IMG/VR virus record: IMGVR_UViG_3300025592_000024
Length of the DNA: 44,408 bases
Strand: one strand, 5' to 3'
From: a virus
Part shown: piece after piece, positions 16,211 through 28,400 of the stretch
Numbering within the stretch: position 1 is the stretch's first letter
How the letters are laid out: each line of letters begins with the position of its first letter
Position numbers and translations under genes: made by a program
The notes under the pieces: generated by a model
The model's input: only the letters and a program-made list of their open reading frames with translations
Databases searched by the model: none
What the model was told of the DNA's origin: nothing

Positions 16211-17460
16211 TGCCAAAACGATGTAAATCAATAGCCGGACAGCGAGTGGAAATCGGTCCTGGAGAACCTATAATACCTGGATGTGAATTAATTGAAGGAA
16301 GTGGTATTTTTAATGGAAAGGAATATTGGCCATATCAGTTTGTAGAAGTTGATGGAGTTGCTGGAGATGATGGTGCAGTAGTTATATGGCCTGATACCGG
16401 TAATGATTTATTGAAATATGATGAAGGTGAAGATGTACCAGTCGGAACTTCACTTCATGTTGGATGTGTTCTTGAAGACGGTGTGGTAAAATGTGCACCA
16501 TATAAAACACAAAAAGAATCAACAGCCGTAGAAGGACCACCACAAACACGTGGAGAAGAACCCGATGATGGTGCATTAAAAGGATTTTGTGTGGGGTCAG
16601 GAAATGTAAATGTTCCAACAGAAGATGAAAATGAATGGTTACTTAAAATGTCCAATTTAGAAATTCCAGATTTAGAAGCTTGGATGTTGTCAGGATTTAC
16701 TGCAAAGATACAAGAGATGATGGGTAAACTCAATCAAGCATTAGGTAAGTTAAATGCAGAAGTAGATAAAATAATGGCTAGGGCAACAATAAATCCAGAA
16801 GATGTTTGTACTCCACCAGTAAAGGCAACTATAAAAAAATTATTGGAAGTTATGGCGGCAATAATGGAATTGATGCCAGTACTAAAGCAAATAATTCAAG
16901 TAATAAAGATTATTCAAAAGGTCATAAAAATAGTTAGAAAAATTTTAAAATGGACACCACCATTTATTGTTCCAATAGTAGAAAAATTAATGGAAGTATT
17001 AAATATTATGGGATTAGTGGATATGGTAGTTAGTATGTTACTACAGACCATTGGTAGATTTAGTACTATACTCCCAGTATTACAAGCACAATTAATGTCA
17101 ATTTTAGCACAATGTGCTGGACAAGTTGCTGGGGAAATGACAAAAGAAGATTGTGAAGCGGCTGGTGGAACGTGGATAGATCCAAAGGATATTCAAGACC
17201 TACAAGATATGTATAAGAAGATAACAGAAGAAACACCAACTATGGGTGATGATGAATCTGCTGGTTTCTGTACCATAACAAAACACTCAACGAAAAAAGA
17301 ATGTGAAGATAATGGTGGAACTTGGAAAGAATTAGATGCTGATACGGACTTTGACGAAACAGATACTTCAGCCTTATCAGAAGAATTGGCAAAACAAATA
17401 GAAGAATTGGATAGATGTTTTTCTAGTGACGAATTAAAACAATATTTAGATGGGTTTTAA
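16210..17460 (+). CDS. probable virion protein with long hydrophobic helical region and CxxxGGTW repeats
   Basis: Coupled to the hub gene; residues about 215-305 strongly hydrophobic or amphipathic. Confidence 0.65.
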   Translation: MPKRCKSIAGQRVEIGPGEPIIPGCELIEGSGIFNGKEYWPYQFVEVDGVAGDDGAVVIWPDTGNDLLKYDEGEDVPVGTSLHVGCVLEDGVVKCAPYKTQKESTAVEGPPQTRGEEPDDGALKGFCVGSGNVNVPTEDENEWLLKMSNLEIPDLEAWMLSGFTAKIQEMMGKLNQALGKLNAEVDKIMARATINPEDVCTPPVKATIKKLLEVMAAIMELMPVLKQIIQVIKIIQKVIKIVRKILKWTPPFIVPIVEKLMEVLNIMGLVDMVVSMLLQTIGRFSTILPVLQAQLMSILAQCAGQVAGEMTKEDCEAAGGTWIDPKDIQDLQDMYKKITEETPTMGDDESAGFCTITKHSTKKECEDNGGTWKELDADTDFDETDTSALSEELAKQIEELDRCFSSDELKQYLDGF

Positions 17461-17477
17461 TAATAGGAGATAACAAA

Positions 17478-17996
17478 ATGAAAAAACAAGAGTTAATAAA
17501 AATAATTGAACTTGTAGTCCGTAAAGAAGTGAAAAAACAGGTAAACGAGATATTTATTAAGGAAGATAGATCATCTTCACTTACCGAATTAGTTTCAAAG
17601 CCCTTAACAGAGAACCACTTGAATTTGCCAAGTAAAAAACAATATAAGGCCAAGAAACACGAGACAATCAATTATACAGAAAATGAAGTTCTCAATAATA
17701 TTTTAAATGAAACGGTCGGTGGAATTCAAGGTGGTGGTACTAATGACTATCCAACAATGGGTGGTGGAACTTACGACACAAATAAAATGAATGATTTATT
17801 AGCAGGTTCTTACGGAATGAATACTGAAGGTGACAAACAGCAAAAACGAGATATTGCAGCAGTAGAATCGATAAAAAAAGCTGGTGTAAATGTTGAAAGT
17901 GTTCCAGATCATGTACAAAACGCACTGACAAGAGATTATTCAAAGGTAATGAAGGCAATAGACGAGAAAAAAGGTGGAAAACATTTCCGCCCATAA
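17478..17996 (+). CDS. phage protein with MKKQELIKIIELVVRKEV N-terminus
   Basis: AGGAG RBS; late cluster. Confidence 0.75.
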   Translation: MKKQELIKIIELVVRKEVKKQVNEIFIKEDRSSSLTELVSKPLTENHLNLPSKKQYKAKKHETINYTENEVLNNILNETVGGIQGGGTNDYPTMGGGTYDTNKMNDLLAGSYGMNTEGDKQQKRDIAAVESIKKAGVNVESVPDHVQNALTRDYSKVMKAIDEKKGGKHFRP

Positions 17997-18007
17997 TGAG
18001 ATAAATA

Positions 18008-18601
18008 ATGGCATTAGATAAACAGTTTTTAAAGTACAAACTTGAAAAAATAAAAAATGATAGAATTTATAAGGATCAAGATACTGAAACTAAACGTAGA
18101 ATACGAAAAGAAAATGCTAAATTGGCAGCTGAAGAAGCTGATGCTATACATTCCTATTTAACTGGTGAAGATGAGATAGATAAACTTGATAATAAGTCTT
18201 ATTTAGAAAATAGGTTACCTGGTAGTTTATATTTAACACCAAAAGGACAGTTAAATATTAGACGGGTACAAACTAATCCTAAAACTAAGAAAACTAAATT
18301 ATCAAGATTACTAAAAAGATTTAGAACAGTAGCTAAATCAAATATTGATGCAGCAAAACAGTTAATAATATTTAGAAATATTTTTGATAGTTTAAATATT
18401 ACTTTTAATCGTAAAGAAATTAAATTTGATGGAAAGATACGGACTGGTGGCTATAAATCAAAGGATGGTGATATCGGATTAACAGAAGATTTTATAGTAA
18501 CTGATACTATTGAAAATGAAAATGGAACTGTATCATATATTAGAAAAAGAATTATAGTAAAAGATGGGTTAATAGTTGGTCAAGAAACAATAAATAGGTA
18601 G
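18008..18601 (+). CDS. hypothetical protein in baseplate cluster
   Basis: 197-aa ORF between late genes. Confidence 0.7.
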   Translation: MALDKQFLKYKLEKIKNDRIYKDQDTETKRRIRKENAKLAAEEADAIHSYLTGEDEIDKLDNKSYLENRLPGSLYLTPKGQLNIRRVQTNPKTKKTKLSRLLKRFRTVAKSNIDAAKQLIIFRNIFDSLNITFNRKEIKFDGKIRTGGYKSKDGDIGLTEDFIVTDTIENENGTVSYIRKRIIVKDGLIVGQETINR

Positions 18602-18611
18602 GAGACTATAC

Positions 18612-19046
18612 ATGGGAGCAAGAGAAAAAGATTTAAATCCAGATGTATCCATTGGTCTGAGTTTACCAATGGGATATTCCAACACTGGTCATTTTACTCA
18701 AACAAATACAACTCTTGAACAGGCAAAACACAATATAGTAAATTTATTGAAAACTATGAAGGGTGAAAGGGTGGGTCAACCAGAATTTGGTTCAAGATTA
18801 AATGAAGTTATTTTTGAACCAATGGATGAGAATTTAAATGATAAATTAGAGGAGGCAATTAGAGAATCTATGGAACAATGGCTTCCATATGTAAATATTA
18901 AAAAACTTAAAGTGGAACTTCCAGATTACGGAAGAAATACAGTAAATATATCAATAGACTTTGGATTATCATTCGAACCTGGAATGTCTGCACAAGTGTC
19001 TATAAGTTTTGAGCAATTTGAATCATATAGTGAATTAGCACAGTGA
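18612..19046 (+). CDS. baseplate wedge protein, gp25/GPW-like
   Basis: NIVNLLKTMKGERVGQPEFGSRL...EQWLPYV signature. Confidence 0.9.
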   Translation: MGAREKDLNPDVSIGLSLPMGYSNTGHFTQTNTTLEQAKHNIVNLLKTMKGERVGQPEFGSRLNEVIFEPMDENLNDKLEEAIRESMEQWLPYVNIKKLKVELPDYGRNTVNISIDFGLSFEPGMSAQVSISFEQFESYSELAQ

Positions 19047-19066
19047 CAATACAATGGAGAAATTAA

Positions 19067-20995
19067 ATGGCTAAACATGGACTTAGCAGAGATGTAAAAT
19101 ATTTAAATAAAGATTTTAGTAGTTTCAGGAATGGGTTAATGGAATATGCACAGACCTATTTCCCAAACACATATAATGATTTTAATGAAGCAGACCCTGG
19201 GATGATGTTTATAGAAATGGCATCATATGTTGGAGACGTTTTATCATATTATATTGATGAACAATTTAAAGAAAGTTTATTATCATTTGCAGAAGAAAAG
19301 AAAACAATTTATGAAATAGTTCAAGGATATGGATATAAGCCCAAATTATCATCTCCATCTTCGGTAACACTTGACGTGTTCCAAACCGTTCCATCAGATC
19401 CAAATAATGTAGTAGATGGAAAACGGCAACCAAATGAAGATTATTGTCTTAATGTATCCAACGGATTACAAGCAACTTCAACAAATGGCACGGTATTTAG
19501 AAGTGTGGATGATGTAATTTTTAGAAATTCAAGTTCAATGAGTCCACGACAAGAAGACATATTTGAAGTGGATGATAGTGGTAACATTACAAAGTGGTTA
19601 CTTAAAAAATCAGCAAAGGCTGTAAGTGGAACGGTTTCTACTGAATATATTACATTTGGTTCTGCTGAAAAATATAAAAGAGTAGTTTTACAAAACACTC
19701 CAATTTTAGAAATAATTTCAGTAACGGATAGTGATGGAAACAAATGGTATGAAGTCCCATTTTTAGCACAAGATACTGTATATGCAGACTTTGAAAACAC
19801 TTCAAAGAATTCACCAGATTTAGTGAATGGTAGAAATTTTGCACCATTTTTATTGAAACTTGTAAAAACTTCAAAGAGATTTAAAACTTACATTAGAACA
19901 GACGAAAAAACCGAATTAAGGTTCGGCTCAGGAGTAGCTTCTGGAGCAGATGAAGAAATAATACCAAACCCAAATAACGTTGGGTCTAGTCTACCAGGAA
20001 CTCCAAGTTTTCTTGATACTTCATTTGATCCAGCAAACTTTTTAAATACAGATACGTATGGTCAAGTTCCAACAAATACTACATTAACAATAAAATATAG
20101 TTACGGTGGTGGTATTAGTGATAATGTCGCATCAAACGGAATAAATAACATTTCATTGATAAGTTCAGAGTTTGATAATTCTTTAACATTAGATGCGAGT
20201 TTAAAAACAAGTACTCAAAATTCTATAGCAGTTACTAACCCAAACCCAGCAACAGGTGGTAGTAGTGGTGAAACAATAGAAAATGTACGAACTAATGCAC
20301 TTGCATATTTTCAAGCTCAAGGTCGTGCAGTAACCAAGGATGATTATATAACTCGTGTATATTCATTACCATCAAAATATGGCAATATATCTAAAGTTTA
20401 TATGATCCAAGATGAACAAGTTTCTGCAACAGGTCAAAATGAGTCAGATACAACATTTCAACCAAACCCATTAGCATTAAATATGTATATGTTGGGATAT
20501 AATCAAAGTAAAAAATTAGTCGGACTAAATACTGCAGTAAAAGAAAATGTAAAAATTTATTTAAGTCAATATAGAATGATGACAGATGCAGTTCAATTAA
20601 AAGATGCTTGGGTAATAAATATAGGATTGCAATTTGCAATTTATACAAAAAAAGGATTTAATAAAAATGAAGTATTGTTGAAGTGTGTAGATTCACTAAA
20701 AACATATTTTAATATAGATAGGTGGCAAATAAATCAACCAATTATTCTATCAGGAATAGCTTCAGAGTTATTAAAAGTTGATGGTGTAGCTACAATAGTT
20801 AAACCTCTTGAAAATAGAGATGAGTTGGTTATAGTAGAAAACAAATGGGGAACATCTTCTGGATATTCAGATAATATTTATGATATTCAAAGTGCGACAT
20901 TTAATGGGACAGTTTACCCATCGGTTGATCCAGCAATTTTTGAAATTAAATTCCCAGATACAGATATTAGGGGAAGAGTATTGGGAGATATATAA
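19067..20995 (+). CDS. baseplate wedge protein, T4 gp6 / baseplate J-like
   Basis: KDFSSFRNGL..YFP..YNDF..DPGMMFIEMASYVGDVLSYY; GGSSGETIENVR; RAVTKDDY. Confidence 0.88.
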   Translation: MAKHGLSRDVKYLNKDFSSFRNGLMEYAQTYFPNTYNDFNEADPGMMFIEMASYVGDVLSYYIDEQFKESLLSFAEEKKTIYEIVQGYGYKPKLSSPSSVTLDVFQTVPSDPNNVVDGKRQPNEDYCLNVSNGLQATSTNGTVFRSVDDVIFRNSSSMSPRQEDIFEVDDSGNITKWLLKKSAKAVSGTVSTEYITFGSAEKYKRVVLQNTPILEIISVTDSDGNKWYEVPFLAQDTVYADFENTSKNSPDLVNGRNFAPFLLKLVKTSKRFKTYIRTDEKTELRFGSGVASGADEEIIPNPNNVGSSLPGTPSFLDTSFDPANFLNTDTYGQVPTNTTLTIKYSYGGGISDNVASNGINNISLISSEFDNSLTLDASLKTSTQNSIAVTNPNPATGGSSGETIENVRTNALAYFQAQGRAVTKDDYITRVYSLPSKYGNISKVYMIQDEQVSATGQNESDTTFQPNPLALNMYMLGYNQSKKLVGLNTAVKENVKIYLSQYRMMTDAVQLKDAWVINIGLQFAIYTKKGFNKNEVLLKCVDSLKTYFNIDRWQINQPIILSGIASELLKVDGVATIVKPLENRDELVIVENKWGTSSGYSDNIYDIQSATFNGTVYPSVDPAIFEIKFPDTDIRGRVLGDI

Positions 20996-22113
20996 TGCAT
21001 TATTTTGAATTTAGTGAAAAGGACACAACACTTTACGAACAAAGTCATAGCATGAATACAGGGTTGGATGAAATTTTAGAAATAAGAAAAGATATGAATG
21101 TAGCCGGAACTCAAATATATGTTTCAAGAGCACTCGTTAAATTTGATTTAACTTATATTTCTCAATCAGTATCATCTGGTTTAATAACTTCCGGTTCAAG
21201 CACAAAATTTTATTTAAATTTATTTGATGCAAATTCATCTGCATTGAATGTAGATCAAACTTTATACTCATATCCAGTAAGTCAATCATGGGAGAATGGA
21301 TCTGGAAGATATAATCTTTCTCCAATCGTAGAAGATGGAGCAGGTTGGAAATGGAAAGATAATGGGATAACAAGAACCCAATGGAATACTGTTTCTGGAT
21401 CTGGTGGAACGTGGTATAGTGGAAGTGGATACGAAGCATCACAATCTTTTACAAATGAACCAGCAGATGTAAGAATGGATGTAACTGATATTATGTGGAA
21501 ATGGTTACACAGTACAGTTTCAAACGAGGGATTTATGGTAAAAAGAAGTGGTAGCATTGGAAATATTGATTCTGATGTTGAAGAAGGAAATACTACACGA
21601 TATGGAAATTTCAGTTTTTTCTCAAGGGAAACTCACACAATTTATCCCCCAAAATTAGAAGTAGTTTGGGATGATTCAAAATGGGTAACTGGTTCATTAA
21701 CAGCATTATCATCAGCTAATTTAGAAGATGTGCAAATTTATATGAGAGGGTTTAGAGAAAAGTATAAAGAAAATTCAAAAGTAAAATTTAGAGTTGTTGG
21801 TAGGGAAATGTTTCCAGAACGGTCATATTCATCAACTCAATATACTACCGGATATAATACGGTAAAAACTCTTCCAAGTGGCAGTACATATTATCAAATA
21901 AAAGATGCTTATACAGATGATGTTATTGTTCCGTTTGGCAGTGGTTCAGTAGTTAGTTGTGATTCAACCGGAAACTATTTTAACTTCTGGATGAACGGAT
22001 TACAATCAGAACGATTTTACAGAATAAATTATAAAATAGTAAGTGGTAGTGGTACTGCCGATGAAACTGTTCAATATTTTGACGAAAAGAACAGTTTCAA
22101 AGTGGAAAGATAA
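20995..22113 (+). CDS. baseplate-associated structural protein (jelly-roll, DNRLRE-like N-domain)
   Basis: KDTTLYE..N.G.DEILE..SRALVKFD; FSRETH..PKLEVVWDD; TAATG coupling. Confidence 0.6.
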   Translation: MHYFEFSEKDTTLYEQSHSMNTGLDEILEIRKDMNVAGTQIYVSRALVKFDLTYISQSVSSGLITSGSSTKFYLNLFDANSSALNVDQTLYSYPVSQSWENGSGRYNLSPIVEDGAGWKWKDNGITRTQWNTVSGSGGTWYSGSGYEASQSFTNEPADVRMDVTDIMWKWLHSTVSNEGFMVKRSGSIGNIDSDVEEGNTTRYGNFSFFSRETHTIYPPKLEVVWDDSKWVTGSLTALSSANLEDVQIYMRGFREKYKENSKVKFRVVGREMFPERSYSSTQYTTGYNTVKTLPSGSTYYQIKDAYTDDVIVPFGSGSVVSCDSTGNYFNFWMNGLQSERFYRINYKIVSGSGTADETVQYFDEKNSFKVER

Positions 22114-22114
22114 A

Positions 22115-22417
22115 ATGCCATATAACAAAGAAGAATTAAAGGTTAATGATTTCTATCAAGAAATTACAAGACGCGATGAAGCAAAATATATAGAAGTTAT
22201 TCAAAAGAGAACCACCACCGGAAATCTAACAGATGGAATTTTAAGAGATTCAACATCAGGAAATATAATTTTATTTGAAAAGATAACCCCAGGACAGGGA
22301 ACCGATGGATCAGGTCATCCAGAAAATAATAAGATTACTTGGTCTCATGGTTATTTTGATTATGATGAAAATGAAGATTTAAATAAAATAATAGACAGAG
22401 AATTTACGGAACTATAA
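22115..22417 (+). CDS. hypothetical structural-cluster protein
   Basis: Start moved to ATG 22115, after the upstream stop. Confidence 0.65.
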   Translation: MPYNKEELKVNDFYQEITRRDEAKYIEVIQKRTTTGNLTDGILRDSTSGNIILFEKITPGQGTDGSGHPENNKITWSHGYFDYDENEDLNKIIDREFTEL

Positions 22418-25400
22418 TGCCAAGAAAAAAACAATTAACATTAGATAATGTAACTGGAAAATTATCAAGATTAAATTCTGAAAATCTTCCTTTGATAAGT
22501 ATTTCTGGATTAGATGTTGGAGACGAACCTATACCATTTGGTGAATCACCAACTGATGTTATAGAATTTCATTTATATGATACATCAGACAATTATATAG
22601 CATCAGGAAAACTTCCACATCCGCTTCCACCAAAGTTGGATGTTGGTTCTCATGTTAGAAGTCTTGGATATGAAAGGGGAACTTATAAAATAGTTTATAA
22701 TTTTTTACGAGAACTTGGTGGCAGTGATAAGTTTATTTTGGTTTATAAAAATGATAGAAGTATTTATCAGTCAGATGACCCACATTGGGTAGATACAAAT
22801 GGTAAAATATATGCTGGAACTGTAGAAGAACCATTAAAAGATGAAAATAATAATTTTATAGAACTTCTCATACAAGAAGATAAATTTTGGTTACAAGAAA
22901 TATCACCTTCAAGAACAGAAATTAGATTACGACCAAATCCTGGAATAAATGATCCAGATTTTCACGAACAATTTAGGTTAATATGTTATACTTGTTTAGC
23001 GTATTCAATCGTAAATGGTACTTCATATTTAACATTTGACGATACTGGAAAAGTTGTAACTTTACATAGTCCAGGTGATATTCAATTAAATAATTCCATG
23101 GTAGGTGGAACTCTTAAAATTAGAAATGCATTTGTTATAGACAAGGACGAGAGTGCCGAAGTAATATCAAAATATACTCCTGTAATAGAAAATGAAACAT
23201 TACCTATATCTGAAAATTTAGTTTCCAATGGGAACTTTTTTGATGGAAATGATATTACTGAAAAATCGTTAATATCAAATAATCACACGATAGAAAAATT
23301 TTCTAATCCAGGTAATAGTGCATGGACATTAAAAACAACATCTAATGGATCTGATAACAAGTATGAAGTTATTGTAAAGGGAATATCAAATGAAACTTAT
23401 ATATTGAGTTGTTGGGTGTATTGGAGTGATGATTGGACATCCAACAGAGAATTATTTTCTGGAAAAATCAATAAGGGAGACTCCGAGGTTAATATCTCTT
23501 CAATTGAAAATGCAGGTGGAACATTTGAAACTAAAATTATAAGTGGAAATGAATGGAAGCGTGAATATAAAACTATAACTATTCCAGAAAATTCCGATGG
23601 TACTATAAAATGGCTTTTAGGAAAAACCACTGTAACAGAAACAGGAATTAGGTATATTACAAATGTTCAAGTTGAACCAGGAAGTGTTTCTGGAACTCCA
23701 AGTCCATATATGGTCAGTTCAAGACAAGAAGAAATGGATAGCCAAACAACTGGTACAATTTCTTTTATAGATGATAATAAGTTATATGCAGAAATATCGA
23801 ATGAAGATGCTGGATTTATATCCCTTATGGGAGAGGGTGGTAGTAGAGGAAGTGGTAAAATTATCATTAAGGATGCTTTCGTAGTAGATGAAAATTTTAG
23901 CGAAGTCACTGAAATCAAAGTTGTGGATGACATTTCAATAAAAAATTCTAATGCCACTCAAATAACTAATTATGAAGGAGAATTTAGAAAATCTAAATAC
24001 CACGGTGATTTTCCAGATATAGGGAATTCTACAATAAAAGTGTGGATACAAGCGGACCATGAATTTATACTTTATAAAGTAGATTCAAACGGCAATGAAA
24101 GTCAATTGGGATCACATAATAACTGGAGACAAAGTAAGGATTTCAGCACAGCAGATTTTTCACTGTCAGATAAGCTCAGATTGGTTACAAAAAATATTTC
24201 CGGTGCTGCAGCATTTTTAGCAAAAATAACATATAAGGGAACGGAATATAAAACTGGTGATGTTGACGGTGATTATGTAATAGATACAGAATCTGAATCT
24301 AATTTATCTACCACTTCACCTGGAGTGTGGAAAATTATTGAAGCTGATGGTTCTACTTCTAATTTACCTGGGTGGAAGTCACTCGGACTCGCAAATAGCA
24401 GTGGTACTTGGGGGAGTAATAATGACCCAGAATTGGAAGAATGTGAATGGATTTGGAATAATGGAAATAGAAAAAATAATTTAGTTTGGGAGTGGACACC
24501 CACATTCAACATAACAGATGAAATTTGGAAAGCTTGGGATCCCGCATTACATAAAGATGCAGTACAGGTTGAAAATTGGTCATATGGATTTAATTGGTTC
24601 GATTGGGGTGGGAGTGTTGATATACAAAATAGTAGATCAAGATGGCACAGTGGTTGGTTAGGATATCACGCTAAATGGGTACAAGGTGAAGGACAATATG
24701 GTGATACTGTAATGAAATTCATCGATAAAAATTCTCAATTTGATGCTCCAAATCATACAAGTTATGATGGTCCATTTAAAACGGGACTTAATACAGTTGA
24801 AAGTCAACCAATGGGTCTTGCACATAGATGGTTGGGTATAGCCCAAACATTGCCATATGAAATGGCATCACAAGGAATTAGTGTTGGTGATAACATTACA
24901 ATAACCTGGTGGCAAAAATCCGATACCATTAAAAAAGGTGCAATGGTTGGATTGTTACATCATAGAAAAAGTGAAGTTGGTCAATATTGGGGATCTAATA
25001 TTGGAAATCATCCATCAACTTTAGAGGAAGGTAGTCATCACGCATGGCAACGAGAATTTCAAAGGTATATTCCAGTTTCCAATACTGATGAATGGGAACA
25101 GGTAAGTTATACGGCAGAAGTAGAAGAAGATTGGGATTTAACGAAACCAACATCTTTATATGTATATGGTCACTATGGTCCAGAAGGAATACTTTGGGTA
25201 GAAAATGTACAAATACAAAGAACTGTAATATCAACCACTATTGATAAAATTCCTGTTACGGAGGACTTGGTTGCAGAAATTGAAACCATAATAGATAAAA
25301 ATACTATTATTTTAAAAGATACTTATGAGAATTTAGCACCCAATGGTTCAGTTTTTGATAATTCTACAAACATTCGTCCTTGGAATGAATTTACAGAATT

Positions 25401-28400
25401 TAGTGTAGATTATACATCATCACTTTATTCAGTAGAACCTACCTTTGGAACACTACGGGGTGATATTGCTGGAATAAGTGGAAATACTATTACGTTATTA
25501 AATTCATATGAAGAACTTGGAAATGAAGCTGGTCATGATTTTGATTCGTATTCATTATATGATATGCAATCTATAAATGATGAAAATTCAAATGGGTTTG
25601 AAAAGTGGTTTATAAATAGTCCAAGGGATACCGAAGAAGATTTAAGTAAACTTATAAAATTTGGCCCTAATAATTTTAGTTTGATAACTAATTTTAAATT
25701 GGATACGATTACATATCCAGAATATCCACACTCAGCTGTATATAAATTATATGAACCGTTACAGGGTGACATAAAAGATCAAGATTTTTGTAGTGTGGTA
25801 AAGGAAATGATACCACCTATTGAAGAAACTTGTACTCTCATTCCTTTTATTGAAGAAGAAATAAGTGATATAGTTCTTCGTACACCAGAACCTGGAAATG
25901 TTAATAGTCCCATTGGAACAGGAAAAACAGAATATAAAGGATATGATTCATTAACAACAACAGATTCTTCTATAAAAGAAAGTTTAGAAAATGAACTTTT
26001 GAGTGGAAGTTTAAGTATAGATATCAATATTGATCATTTTTTATTCGATAATTTCATACATTTTGGTTCAGCAGAAAAACGAGTCCGGAATTTTAAATAT
26101 AAATTAGATTTAATCGAAATGTATTCAGATAGAAGTGCGTCTCTTTCTGGAACATTAAGTGGAACTGGTTATCTCCCACTTTCAGGGTCATCATCATATA
26201 ATCCAGGATTATCTCCGATTAGTGGTTCTACAACTCAAATTGCATGGTGGGAAAGAAAGCGTCGTGAAACTATAAATACGTTTGATAAATTTGAAAACTA
26301 TATGTATAACAAAAGTTCATCTTATTCAAGTAGTTCCATTGGAATACAACACGACAATGCATGGCCGAAACTATCTGGAACTGGGACTTATTCCGACCCG
26401 TATATAAATTACAGAGTTACACAATCTGTAGCTGTTGATTGGTATAATAATCAAATAATTTCATCATCTGTATATGATAAACAAAATATGAATAGATTAA
26501 GAGTTAATCTTCCAACATTTGTCCAAGATGATTCTGAAAATGACTTATTCTTAAACTTTATAGATATGATTGGTCATTATTTTGATGACATTTGGGCATT
26601 CGTAAAGTCAATGACCGATGTTCATGATAGACGAGATGGTGTAGATAGTGGTTTAGCAAGAGATTTATTAAAACCTGTTGCACAATCACTTGGTTGGGAA
26701 GTTTATGATGGAAAAGATTTAGTTTCCATACCACGATACATTTTGGGAATGGAGCAAACTGGTTCAGAAACTCCATGGCAATTTAGCGGAACATCAGATA
26801 GAGATATATCCAGAGAAATATGGAGTCGTATAATAAACAATATGCCATATTTCCTAAAAACAAAAGGGACCTCCAGAGCAATTAATGGTCTGATAAGTTG
26901 TTATGGTATTCCATCTTCTATTTTACGTGTTGTGGAATATGGTGGACCAAAACTACCAGGACAATCTGCAGAATCGTTTTTAACAAGAAAATTTACAAAA
27001 GCATTAAATTTCTTCGGAGCAACAAATAACACTTATGTTCAAAATGATACTTGGCAAGCAGTTACACAAGGAGATGGAGCAACAAGTAGACGACCAGACA
27101 CAATAGAATTTAGATTTAAAGCTGTAACGGGTTCTAATCAAGTATTAGTTAGACGAGGAACAGATTGGTCTATTGGACTTAAAGACAATGGCTCATCAGA
27201 TCAATATGGATATGTTAATTTTAAATTAAGTGGCAGTAGAGGGTACAATGAAATAACATCATCAGCACTACCAGTATATGATGGAGAGTTTTATTCGGTA
27301 ATGTTAACCAGAACTTCTGCATCTGGAACTCATTTAAGTGATGATGATACAAGTCAGGATGTAGTTTATACATTATACACTAAAAAATACGATGTAGGTA
27401 GAAGTAAAATATATTTAGAATCCACAAGTGAAATGACAGTAAGTGGTTCATTAGGAGCTGTTTCACAATCATATAATACTTCATATAATGGAGGTGGAAA
27501 TACAATTACAATAGGTGGTCCAGAAAGTGTTGATTTCGGTGAATCATTTAGTGGTTCTATGATGGAATATAGAAATTGGACTACACCACTATTAGAATCG
27601 TCATTTGATAATCATGTGACAGCTCCAATATCATTTGATGGAAACCACCCATCCGCATCTTATACAGATTTAGTCACACGTTATTCATTCGATGATGACA
27701 AAGATTTGAGTGTTGGAGTAAATCAATGGTTTCAAGATGCAAGTGCAGACCAATCATTCACTTCATCTGCAGTTCCATATAATTTTACAAGTGGACTTAA
27801 AGATCACTTCTCATCAGTAGTTGATGAAACTAAAATGAAAGTTCCAAATCTTGGTCCATCTCGTAGATCATCTACAAAAATTAGAATAGAAGATGATGTT
27901 AGAAATGATAAGATAGGAAACCCAATATTAAAATTCGGTGAAAGTATTACAACACCGGCTTATGACAATGCTCCAATTGATTCTAACAAACTTGGAATAT
28001 ACTTTTCACCATCTGCTCCAATTGATGAAGATATTATATTATCAATGCCAGACCTTGATTTCGACCAATATATTGGAGATCCACGTGACCAGTACAAAGA
28101 ACAATATACCGGACTTGTGGAGGCACGAAATTTATATTGGCAGAAATATAGTGGACCAAATAACTTCTGGGATTATTTAAGATTATTAAAATATTATGAT
28201 AGTTCATTATATAAACAAGTAAAAAGTTTAATTCCAGCAAGAGCAAATGCAAATGTTGGAATTATGATAGAACCAACTGTATTGGAAAGGGATAAAATAA
28301 TTATTGGTAAGAAACCAATACTTGAGACAGCACACCACACAACATTTATTGACACCATGGCATATATTTCAGAGAGCTCGGAGTATCCTAATTATGATGC

